The translations under genes and the position numbers were made by a program. A DNA stretch of 64,000 nucleotides from Acanthaster planci (Eukaryota), in the NCBI RefSeq assembly GCF_001949145.1, contig NW_019091361.1:3768148-3832147 (forward strand), given 5' to 3'. Below the pieces are notes generated by a model that did not search any database, was not told the DNA's origin, and saw nothing but the letters and a program-made list of their open reading frames with translations. Shown piece by piece: positions 11,801 through 23,100 of this stretch; within the stretch, counting starts at the first letter, position 1, and each line of letters begins with the position of its first letter.

Positions 11801-14111
11801 AATGGAGTACTATAAGATTAACAGTGATGTCATGAACAGCGGCCCAACATAGTGAGTACACTTAAATAATCCAAAGATGTTATAGTCCAGGTGAAAAAAA
11901 AACAAGAACACGCGACTGAACGAAAAGAGAAGGGAAATGAGGAAGGTGGACGTAACTCTGTACTCCAGCAAGCGAGATTTCTAATGATGCTTTAGCAGTT
12001 TACCTTCGTGACTTCATACATTTCAACTTGTACAAGAATGACATCTGTACAACATCTTCAACAGCATCTTTTCAACTGAAATTATTACAGTGCATAGCTG
12101 TCCCTGTTGGTGTAACTCCATGTTTTGAAAATCTGTCGCAGACTTATATTGTATAGGACATTGCAATCGTATCTTAACTTGAAGGAGACGATGAGTGCTT
12201 AATTAAGGCCTGTTATGCACTGGCTTCAGTCTAAACGGTCGTCCTGTAAAATTTTCCGCAGTTGTTTTCTCAAGCCAGGGCTGGCCATGTACCTGGGCCT
12301 TCTGCTTCCCGTCTGTATCTTCCTGGCCCTCAATGCTACTGTCTTCCTCTTGGTGTGGCGCCGGCTGCCTCGTGCCGATAAGAGGCTTCACTCCGCCCAA
12401 ACCTCTCAGCGCCTTCAGGAAGCTGTGGGAATCTCGCTTCTGACCTTCTTGACTTGGCTGTTCGGCATACTGGCCATTACTTCTGCGGCTATCGCTTACG
12501 ACATCGTGTTCCTTATCGCCTCCACTCTACAGGTAACAAACCACTTCAGTATTTCAAAAATATATTTGGTGCGTGTGAGCTGGGCAGGCGACTTGTAGTC
12601 CTGGTTCCAAGACCTTCGCATTAATCAAACTACAGAGGGTGCTATATTTCTTTATGTTCTTTTCTGACCACGGGCGAAGGTCTTGAACAATACGGGCGAT
12701 TCACAGTAGTGCGCTTCCAAGTGTTTGCAACGCACTGACCAATCACAGTGCGAGAAATCTGTCGACCCTTTCCAAACGCGCACTGGATCGACAGATTTCG
12801 TGCATTGTGATTGGTCAACGCGTTTTTAGGGCGCACTATTGTGAATCGCCCGTATTCGTTCGGCAGTGATTATAGGGTTTTCTTTGTTATCCCACGAGAT
12901 TTTTGGGGAGCCAGTCAACAGCTTCTTCGTTTGAGCCGTATTGTATCATTCATTTTGGTCCATACTGAGTGGACCAATGTGAATTGCGTCCCGACTTTCG
13001 AAATACGAAAATTTCCATGTAAACAAGCCGTGTTAAACCCTGTCAACACTGTGAAAAGGGAAAAGCAAAGGGCGGAGGTGGCGGTGGGTCGTGGTACTGG
13101 ACACCACATCACACCATAGGGTCGCTGTCCATTTTGTATATGTGCACTTAGGCACTTATTTATGTGCACTTATTTCGCGATCTACTGCATTTCAATTTTA
13201 TAATTTTGAAAAGTTCAGACATGTAACCTTATAAATCCCCATTTGGATTTAAATGTATGCTCTTGTGCACATGGTTCTGCAAAACTGCAGGCTCGGTTAA
13301 ACCGTTATAATGGGGGGGGGCGGAGGTTGACCCCCAGACCCCCGATCTGCGCTTGAGAAGTGAACCATATCGCCCTGTTGAGGAGTGGGATTTTTTATCG
13401 TATTCCTATGGTCCGATACGTTTTTATTAAAAAATAGTGAATCGGAAAGCGCTAGATGCCAGCGGCAAAATTTGTGCCAGAAATTGGAGGGATGGGGGAA
13501 AATGGGATTCTGACCCCACATGACACTATATTTGGAGTGACGTTCATGATACAGACTTACATCTGCTAGTGTAAAATGAATCACATTCTTGCAGAATCTT
13601 ACACCAGAATGGCATATCATATTTTTTTTTATTCTCGAGTGAGTTTTGGTTGATGTGAAGTCCGAAAAAAATCTTCAAAATCCGCCTTATTTTTTATCAC
13701 CACGTAAAAGTGGGGTATGATTCAAAAGAGGGTTTGCATAGCTGCCATCTTACAGGTCAGTGCTTTGTCCCACGGGATATGCACAAAGAAAGCTTCCGTG
13801 TGGAGCAAAAGAACTGCCCTGCAAGATGGCTACCACTCAAAGTCTCTGTAGTTCACCCCCGGTCAAAAGTGGAAGTGATATACACCCCCCCCGGATTTAC
13901 CCTCATGCTAGACAAGCAGACTGGCAAGTCACCATTATTTCCTCCATTTCAGGGTTTGTTTGTGTTCATCATGTTCTGCATTCGACGTAAGGAGGTGCGA
14001 GCAGCCATCTCAACTCACCTGAGATGCTCTTGCTTGAAAGGAAGTAATCAGAAGCAAAAGTACGAGCTAGGACAGAAGAATGTTCAACTCGACACTAAAC
14101 TCAGTATGTGA
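2021..14111 (+). CDS. Adhesion GPCR (family B2) with N-terminal zinc metallopeptidase-like domain, mucin stalk, HRM, GAIN/GPS and 7TM; 5' exon(s) not found
   Basis: Phase-consistent exons joined by hand: 2021-2836, 3071-3484, 4059-4175, 5545-5684, 6652-6801, 6992-7379 (GC donor; alternative GT donor after 7355), 7812-7993, 8890-9063, 9897-10015, 10568-10667, 11430-11601, 11761-11851, 12262-12532, 13953-14111 (TGA). Total 3293 nt, about 1,097 aa, no internal stop. Motifs: HEFAH, HRM, GPS, TM3 FLHY, ECL2 YCFL, TM7 STLQGLFVFIMFC. Confidence 0.9.
3071..3484 (+). CDS. Thr/Ser/Pro-rich mucin-like stalk exon of the adhesion GPCR
   Basis: ccaaag|3071 to 3484|gtaagt, phase 1-1; Thr-rich translation with TTSVPLTTSAPF repeats. 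Confidence 0.85.
3226..3369 (+). repeat. Coding minisatellite, 4 x 36 nt (two related 18-nt subunits) encoding TTSVPLTTSAPF
   Basis: acgacctcggtcccccttacgacctcagc(t/c)cccttt repeated four times, nearly identical. Confidence 0.95.
4059..5684 (+). CDS. Hormone-receptor motif (HRM) domain, two exons (4059-4175, 5545-5684)
   Basis: Joined translation FCEEGTTFDIDAGVLTWPVTAAGTRSQSIEVCALETQKAGSPIALRNCSTVVGSLLHPEWEEQWEIQDCG has the C/W/C/RxC/W/C pattern of HRM; canonical AG/GT ends. Confidence 0.8.
5222..5350. repeat. Dispersed intronic repeat, similar to 8608-8752
   Basis: Shared cttcgtcat.cac.cgcacg, aagcttcc and tgtgcagtgggcgtggtttaa in the same order. Confidence 0.6.
8890..9063 (+). CDS. GPS motif exon with canonical HL|T autoproteolysis site and tethered-agonist (Stachel) start TNFAILI
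   Basis: RCVFWDFTLRNGTGDWSEEGCALNEATNDVIECHCDHLTNFAILI; cag|8890 and 9063|gtaagt. Confidence 0.97.
9897..14111 (+). CDS. Seven-transmembrane domain and short C-tail of the adhesion GPCR (6 exons)
   Basis: TM1 SQIGCALCIAFLAITLL, TM2 QLCVSLLVLYVVFLAGVD, TM3 CMFVAAFLHYLVL, TM4 CGFPMIVIAI, TM5 LLPVCIFLALN, TM6 LLTFLTWLFG, TM7 STLQGLFVFIMFCIRRKEVR. Confidence 0.92.
12689..12856. mobile_element. Palindromic MITE-like element abutting or interrupting a second short hairpin element (about 12596-12688)
   Basis: aatacgggcgattcacagtagtgcgc / gcgcactattgtgaatcgcccgtatt termini plus inner tgaccaatcacagtgcgagaaatctgtcga / tcgacagatttcgtgcattgtgattggtca; neighbour has caagaccttcgc / gcgaaggtcttg arms. Confidence 0.75.
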
Positions 14112-14339
14112 AAGACCGCTAACATCGAGCTCCTTGCTCCATAACAGAGGCGAATCCAGTTCTTGGGAGGGGGATGGGAAATTGTAACTAAAAATGGCTA
14201 TCCAAAAGAAAACACTGTTTATTACCCCTTCCCAACAAGAAAGGTAGTAGGACTATTTTTGAAATGCTGACGCACTCAGTCCCGTTTCCCCCAACCGAGA
14301 TGGCTTCAAACATGTCATACCGGTATGTCTCGTGTTCAC

Positions 14340-16805
14340 AGGGCTGCCATCTCAAATCGTGAGTCGTGATATGTGAAATCTCGTGGAGATGATTTCTTTT
14401 AGACGAGACAGCACAGTTTTTGAACTCCAACGATACTTTGTATTTAGAACGGGAGTTAATATTGTTATGTTTTGGGGGTGGGTGGGTGGGTGGTGGTGAC
14501 AGATTTGTTGCTACTTTACTGCTGTGTGGGCCACCTTAGACCTTTGTGTGCGACACTCTTAACTATTCAAAAACACATCAGTGTTTTCAGCAGACTAGCA
14601 CGTTGCATGGTAATATACGGTGAAAATGGAAAATGAACTTTTTAGTAAAGGAATGTACATGGCTGGTCTGAAAGGTGTGTTTAAGACTGGCTCAGTAGAA
14701 TGGATGCAACTAATGCCCAGCCGCAGGCGAGGGAATCGTTTAAGACCGACTAAACACAGATTTATTCCCATTCACTGATATCGTTGTAGTCAGAGAGTCA
14801 AAAGAAGTCAACATACGAAATTTCCAAGGATTTTGTTGAAGAATTTCATTTTCATCTTCCCAAACACCCCGTCCATTTTATGGTCCATTCCTTGTACAAG
14901 TTGTGTAGAAGAATCTTCTTATAAATTATGGACTTGGCGTGCGCGTGGCGCGTTCTGCATTCAGCGGCGCACACAGACTCTTGACCAATAGGAATGGATT
15001 AAAACTGTCTTGTCTCCAGGTGCCAGCTTATTTTAACGCAGCAGCCATTATCAAATCGTAGCGGACATTTAATGTTAATACATGGTCACGTTGCGCGTTG
15101 TTGAATAGGGAAACTGTATAAGGTATTTATGAACAAACCTTATTCACAAGGAAGCTATTTTTTTGATCATGCTTCCTGAATTAGTCTTATTCCATGTACT
15201 CTGCCATGGGGGTGGTTCCAGACTACTTTGAACCCGTGCCCCACCTTCGTTCCGTAACATTTTTAGATATAATAAAACTGAAAATTTAAATCATTCAAAT
15301 GTTTTAAATCATGGAAATGACATTTATCCGTAACTTTTTTTATATCATTGCTTTCATTGTAATTTTAATTTCATAAAGAAAGTTAACACTTTCAATTCAG
15401 TATGGCCGACCTTTGAATAAAGTATATTGCGTGTAAATATCACCCTGACATCCTGCATCTTCACCAGCCCCATGTACTGGTTTGCCAAACTGTATTTATG
15501 CAAGTGAAGACCTTAAAGCTAGATCCACCAATTCCCTTAATGACAATGCAGGAAATTTCACAATAAGGGGGATGGAGTATCATACCTCCAGTAAAGTAAA
15601 ATCCAGGAAATGAATGAGGCTCTGGAAAACTTCGTCACATGGTATGCAGCTGACAAAGATGGGATTCGAACTAGAGACAAATCTCTAAACATGCCAATTC
15701 GATGCTATCATGTTACCGTGTCTGGCCTTATGCTGATGCAAACAAAGGACCACATAAATGGAACCCCATCAACGACATCGATCTCAAATGAGAGAATGCA
15801 ATTTGTACTCAGTTTTGTCAGATATACACAGTTTTGTAATTGTTCTGTAATGGTAAATTTGAAATCATTAAATTAAGAATATTTTTGGATTAGTAAGAGA
15901 AATTACCCAGAAAATGTTATGAACATTACCCCTTATGTTAAGTCTTTATGGTACTCGGTTCCATATTCCATGGTTTCTGATTTTATGCTTTCATGGAATG
16001 TTTTTCTATTTCTCTATAACTGTTTCGTCGGATGGCAAGTCTGCAATAGTTTCTAATACAGGAAGCAAAATACATTTTTGGTGAAGGTTATATATTTTAT
16101 ATTTTAAAGAAACAGCCATAAATAAAATGGGACTTTCATACTGCTCAATATGTCTGTTTTTTTTCATTAAGTCTAGTTTTTGCTCTGTCGTCATTGGCTA
16201 CGTAAGTGCTGCTCCATTGCATTATACTCTGAAGTGATATACTGTACACGAGGAGTAATTTGTACAATAAAATGTGGTAAAGCTATTCGAAAGATTCACT
16301 TTGAGTTTTCTTTCTGCATCAGGGACTGGACTGCGCAGTTTGAATCCAGTCTCTAGTCTTTTAAAATAATAAGACAAAGCATAGCATAAGACTCCAGCCA
16401 TTGCCATGAACTTTTTTCTCCCGGCCTTGATTACAGTTTTTCAGAACCCGTAACAACAAACTCATTTTTTCCAGATCAAATAAATTCCCCAAACCAACAT
16501 TTATGCTTTCTCGATACAGTTCCCTCTAAAATATTGTATAAATGCGGTTCAGAATAGAATAAATTTTTCCAATAGGGCCTATGCTTGAACAGACTTTAAG
16601 AAAAAAGGAATGACTATTTAGGAATCACGTTTGTTTTGGCTTTTCTTTTTCGTTATCACTGGCTGATTTAGCTAAAAAGCTTGTAAACGAAACAGTGGTC
16701 ATCAACGGGTGAGAAGTGTATTCTCATTAAGTTCTTTGTGCTTCTTGTAGAAGTATACTGAAGGAATCAAGTTCAACAATTAAAATCAAATAACTGTAAC
16801 ACAAT
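14340..16805 (+). repeat. Diverged non-coding segmental duplication, copy 1 (collinear with 27122-28668)
   Basis: Shared blocks in the same order: ggctgccatct, gacagatttgttg...caccttaga, atttgtactca, atacaggaagcaaaatac, cagtttttcagaacc, aacgaaacagtggtca, gaatcaagt..aacaat.aaaatcaa. Confidence 0.85.
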
Positions 16806-17147
16806 TATTTTCAAGATGTATCTTTGCGTTGGGGAGATGTTAATTTATACAAGGGGTTTTGCGCTTAACCAACATGAATATTAACGCACATTCTTCTGTT
16901 TTAAATGCATTATCTTTTACCCATTTTGAACTAGCCTGGACAACTAATATGCATGGCAGGTCGACTTTGTGTTGAGTTTTGGCCTTCACTGACAATTCTC
17001 ATCACTGTTATTTGACCAAGTGTGAAGAATAGTGTTTACGTTAGAAAAGGGGGAAAAACAGATTCAAATCCCACCACCTGAATACGAACTTTGGAACAGT
17101 TGTAATTTGATGGCTAAATTTGGTTGTCAAATCATTTTATTTTCAAG

Positions 17148-20100
17148 TTATGGCATCATCCATTCCGAGGGTTATGGCAAGTACATAAGCAATTGGATGA
17201 TAGACGGGGAGCCACCATATAATCTGGTAGAGTTGGACGCCAATCGCTTCGGCAATTGGACAACAAGGTCAGTTGTTACACCATTACCTTGAGGAGAAAC
17301 ATCTTGTTTAGAATCTCTTCCCATGTCCAAATGTCATACATGTAGCTGAGGCTAGAAATATACTCATGAGATTCTCTTTCCAGCGGCTGAAGCCTTTTGC
17401 CGTAGACACAGCCATACTTGAAAGCCGGTTGTGTCCCGCATTGTCGTTCTGGAAACTGCTTTTCATGGGTATTGGGTTGTGCCATTCTACTGAAAGCTGG
17501 TCATTTTCACTTTGCTGTTTGGCCTTGTGTGAACCATTGTGCTGGCACTAACAAAAGAAGCAGGGTGTAATAAAAATGGACGCTTATTGTTAGTGCAATG
17601 TGTTTCTTTTGTTACATGTCCGTGGTGTGGCCTTGCTGTGCGGACGTGCAAACAAAGCTGGGCTACGTGTTGCAGGTTGAATACTTTTTGTGAATCTTTC
17701 ACTAGGTAGTCCCTCTTTGTAGAAAAAAAATTAAGAGGCATATTGGAGTCAGGGTTATCGATGGGAAATAGTCAATAAAACCATTACGGTAACAAAAAGG
17801 CAGTTTATAGAAATAGGGTTAAAGTTTTAAAAGAAATTAGTCATTGTTTCTAGTTTTCTTGAAAGGAACACCCATACTAGGTAGATAACATTAATGTGTG
17901 TCTTTTGATCCTAGCTCAGTAACTCGTTTTGTAAGTATGCCACGCTATGCATGCGCAGTTCCTGCACCCGAGAGCAGATGAGTTACTTGAGGTATAGACT
18001 AGCTCAGGAATTTGTTCAGCAAGAAACAGGTTTCCAGCAATGCATTGTGTACGCCTATGTCTCTTATGACTTGTGGCCTGCTGTAGTTTGTTTGGTGCAT
18101 AAATTTGAAGGCCTCTTATCCATCTGTAACATTAGACCCGCAAGTAAGCATGGAGTATTTATAAAAGTACAGTTGGATGTGTTAGCCCGACAATGTCGGG
18201 TTTTAACACCATGTTATCCTAATTAGTTTTCGGCTTTTTGAAATTGGTTCATCAAATAATGGGGGACACACTGAAATCCAGGAATTGTTGATAGCACAGC
18301 GTCATACGGTATTTCTACATTATACCGTCACGGTTATTGCAACTCCTTGCTTTGTCTGCCCAAATCGAGAACACTTTGTGTTCTTGAAAGGCGCCATTCG
18401 AGAAGTTCTTCATTGGGTAGGTACAGCTGCCTTCTTTTCACCTGCTGTGCCACCACTCCGCCAAGTTGTTTTCACCCCAAAGAGCATCTTTCAGAAATTT
18501 CAAAATGTTTGTTAATTGTAGGGAGTACACGAGCATCAAGACCCGTGAGACATACGGGATGAACAACGCCATCGGCTGGCGCCACGAAGAGCGGTGGGCG
18601 GGCAGAACAACCAAGCGCGTCAGTGGAATATATGACAAGCTAAAATGCCGAGGGGCCGAGTTCGGATTTCGTTCAGGTGGGTTCAACACGGTGGTAACAG
18701 TTTGAAACGTTGTCACTCTTGAAGACAAACCCACTCTGTCTCTAATTCCGACCGACGATTCAAATGTACATGTAGTTTTATCATTTTAGGGGGATGGATG
18801 CTGAACTGCAAAAGTATTTGCAGTCAGTAATATAATCCATAATGACTCAGAACTTCAACCATTCTGCCATTGATTTCCTGCTCAATGATTGACTTCTTGC
18901 AGGCACATGCCAACCATCTTTCATATCTATTTTCACTGTCATCGCTATATTTATGGCCATTCTCAGTCCTTCAAATTGTTCTCAGCTTTCAGATTGTTCA
19001 ATTTTATACCAAATTGGGAAAAATCAATAAAGTAGTGTATATCTGTTTGGTTACTTTAATTTCAGGCTGGGAACAGCCCCAGTGGTTTGCACTGGATGGC
19101 GACGAAGCCGGGTACAAGCCGAGCTTCCGTCGGTCCAACTGGTTCGGACCGATAGGGCGAGAGTACGAGATGGTGATGAAGCGAGCTGGAATCATCGATC
19201 TTAGCCCGTCTGCCAATATACAAGTGACGGGAAAAGATGCCTACAGATACCTGGACAGCCTACTGGCCAACAAACTGCCGGCTGTAAGGACTTTATCCAT
19301 TTCTAGTCTTGATGGTGACCACCAGTGTTGTGGTTGATTACCTCACTCGTGTTTTTTTTTTCATTAGGCACCAGAAAAGGACAGTTCTAAGTGTTTGAAT
19401 TTTTAACATTGGCTTAACAGAACCGTATGATGGAAATATCTTTGTCACAATTTGTACACAGCTGGTGGCTTACATGGAGCTTGGTATTTTGTCACTGCTT
19501 GTGAAGATTTTGCTATTATGTATTTCTGGTAATAAAATCAAAGGTTTCTCAAAAGTTCAGTCACAATAGCTCCTAATTCCTAACATACATAAAGAAAGGA
19601 GGCAGAGGAGATACCGAGCTTTCTTGAAATACAGCAGGGAAACGAATGTTCAGTTTCAGAGGTACGGGGAATTCATGGAGTCGTTTCTAGAAACTAGATA
19701 CCAAGCCTCTGTATTCACATGGGTGGGATTTGAACGTGGGTAGCAAGGTGGAAGTTAAGAAAGTATCACTGCACCAACCTGACACACCCCTACTTGATCA
19801 CAGTAAGGAGTTAGTGCCGACTTGCCTCTCCCACATAAGCCACTGGCTATGTCGGGCATGGGCAAGCAGTACCTCAAACAAGGAGTAATTGGCACCACTG
19901 TCTTTTACCAAGCGTAGGTTGGTCGATGCACCCTTTGCCCCATGCTGTCACCTAAGGGAAAGGTCTACTCCGAGGTAACAGTGAACCGACTGGCAGAGGA
20001 CAAATTCCTCATCATCACACATTCTGGTTCAGAGTTCCATGATCTCAGGTCAGTCTTGTCTGTATGTACATTTATTTGTGGAATATCTCCTTTCTCTGTC

Positions 20101-23100
20101 TCCTACCAGGAAGAAAAGAGGCACAAAGGTTAACAACTTGTTGGAAGAAGAAACCGTTGCTTCAGATTTGAAAACTACAGAAATTTGAAGAAACAGCAAA
20201 ACTTTAATTATTACTGTAAATTTGATTGTTTCATGGATGTCTAAAAGAATGTCCGATATACAACAAATGGAATGAATATGGAGTATCACCGTTATGTACA
20301 CAATGAGGCATCCACGCAATTAAGAAAACACCTTCAGAGTTAACTGTGCTATGAAGGTATATAACAACACTTTCAGACCAAAACTGTGGATGCAAATGGC
20401 TGCTGCTGGAACCAACGGCAGTATTTCGAGATTTGTTTCTAACTTGTCCAAAACCAGGTGGATGGAGGAATTTGCCTGGAAAGGCAACTAAGAAGTCAGC
20501 TTGAAAAACATCACCGACAGCATGGCCTGTCTCGGCATTGCAGGGCCATTGTCTCGCGACGTGCTGGCCCCTATCACTGAAACCGACCAGGCGGGTGATG
20601 CATTTGCCTTCATGGACGTCAAGGATATCACTGTCGGCGATGTGCCTGTCACTGCTGTCCGAATCTCGTACACAGGTAATGCAAACTGACTCGAAGATGC
20701 TGTTGATTATCAGAAGACATAAGCATCATGAATTGGACACGCACAGATTCTGTATTTTTATTGGCTGAGAGCCAGTCACATTACACATGCTATAAAGTTA
20801 TTTCAACACTTATTTCAGTCATTATTCTATCTGTATTGAGGGTATATCAGCTGGAATCAATGTCAGCACTACTTTCCATGGAGGCCCTCAGATTTACGGT
20901 GTGGGTCGAAAACTTACAAGGGAGTTGCAGGCAGCGGCCTGACAGGCCACATCTGGAGAGAGGAAAGAGTGAGAAGCAATTAATCAGAATATTCAAGAAG
21001 AATCTGTGAAGAGGAATATTAATACATGTACTGCTTTATCTCATGATACAGTAAAACTGGCAACCCTCGGTAATCCAGAATAGTCAAAGGTCTCCCCCGC
21101 AGGACTGATTCACAGATTACCTTGGAACAGCACTTTCACTTCACAGATCAACGCAGTTAATCTTTATATGGAAGCTTTGAGGAACTTTGAGTTAAGACAG
21201 GCAGTTATTTATGTTATAAAGGAATAAAACGAGTTGCCATTTAGGGTTATTTTGTCGTTTCCCTTCTGGATCTACTCAATCTATTTGTTTCAACTTCATT
21301 GCTAGCTTCGGTCTCTGGCAGGTAGGCATCTGAACATGCCATGAATTCGAAATTACCACAGAATAAACTCCCCAGTAAAATCAAAGGTCTTTGATTGTAG
21401 TCTGATTTGCCCAGATGCGACCGAGACCTCACTGTGAGTTTGAAAAGGGAAATTTCCAAGGCCTCAAATTTTGATAGCAGTGGATATTTAGCCTTTGCTG
21501 GATACGATATTTTGCTGGACATAATGTGCAGTAAACTGGGTGTTTTTTTTATAATTTTGGTCAAATTCGGGCGGACTGTTCTTCACACTGGTTTCTTGTT
21601 CTTGTGTTCGAATGGCAGGAACATGACCCAAGAACACCGTTTTTGGAACAGGGTCACACACCACCTCCTCGTACCCGTCAGGATTTTACAGGAACACACG
21701 GAAATCCCTTGAGATTTTGATTTTTGAACAGCTGCAAAAAAACATCGAGGTGGCTTACGAAGCCGGACACAATGGGGAGTTTTGCAAAATTATCATTAAT
21801 CATTTTTCATAACACAGAAATTAATGTTCCTTTGTAAATAGGAAAGAATTCAGACCAGTTATCGAAACATAAACTCTCGAAGAACGTACATAAACGCCGC
21901 CATGTTGCATACCACTTACCACCAGCAATAAGCGATTGTATGTTCCTGGCGTTTGAGCACCAACCCACGAACAACAAATCAAGCTGTTCGTGAACATAGA
22001 ACAAGCCGCCCGAACTCACCTAAAAATTCTTCCTGGGACAAATCTTAGTCTGGTTCTGTACCAACGTATTAACAAGGTCGGAATCAGACGATTACAATTT
22101 CAGACACCTTTGAAACAAATTTTCCATAAAGGAGATTTAATAATATTAATGAAATAATGGAGTCAGTCAATTAAAATGTAACAAAAAGAGAGTATTTTTA
22201 GTTTTGAGGGCCTACTCTGCTAAAGTTGCCATCCTAAAGCAAAGTTTCGTGGCAGTGTTCGCGCAGCTGTTAAGTGACTGGTTCCCGTCCGACAGAGGTC
22301 CGAAGATATAGGTAATCAGTGGGCCTTGTCTGGTATCAGTGGTATTGTCATGTTTCGTTAGTTTAGGCGTCAGTGGTGTTAGCCTATAGGCAGGGTCGTC
22401 GCCGCAATCACTGCACGATGCATTTATGAAAAATAATGTGATTTCAAATGCACATTATTTAAGGTAAAGATAAGAAAATGTAAAGAAAATTTAAGGAAAT
22501 TTCAGGAAAAAATCCAATCTAAGGAAATTTAATTTTGAGGAGTGGAAACATTGATAGGCAGCCTAGCAGTAACTGCCTATGTGTGAATAGGATATTCTTA
22601 GGATATTCAGTACAATAGGCCTATGGCCACCAAATTCAGTCCATTCACTAATTAAAGTGCATTCATGCACGGCGCTGAAGCCGATGACTTGAAAACTACC
22701 ATATTGTATTGAAAAGCCTAGGATGGCCGTGCAGTCGCTATAATTCGCAGAGAAGAGCTGCCTTTCCAGTGTATAGAGAGCAGTGGCGCTGTCCACGCCC
22801 CCATGCATGGACCCTCTAGGCTATGGTAACTATATAATCTAGGCCTACAGCATTACTGTCTAAAGGAAAGTGTTTGTCCCTAAGGCGAACTTGGCTGGGA
22901 GTTTTATCACAAGGTGGAGGACACTGCCAAGCTCTACGATGCTCTGCTTGAGGCAGGAAAGCCCTTGGGAGTTGGAGACTTTGGAACATTTGCGATGAAC
23001 ACCATGCGCATTGAGAAGGGATTCCGCGCATGGGGACGAGAGGTAGGCCCAATTACAGAACTGGAAAGACATTATGAGGCAAAGGCTCCAGACAGTTGCC

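Noticed and set aside
11850..11852. Apparent in-frame TAG in a 7TM exon suggesting a GPCR pseudogene
   Set aside because: The codon is split by the donor (TA|gtgagt) and completed by T of the next exon, giving Tyr in YCFL
15655..16350. tRNA genes suggested by gggattcgaac / gtttgaatcc motifs
   Set aside because: Only isolated B-box-like words with no cloverleaf; likely SINE debris
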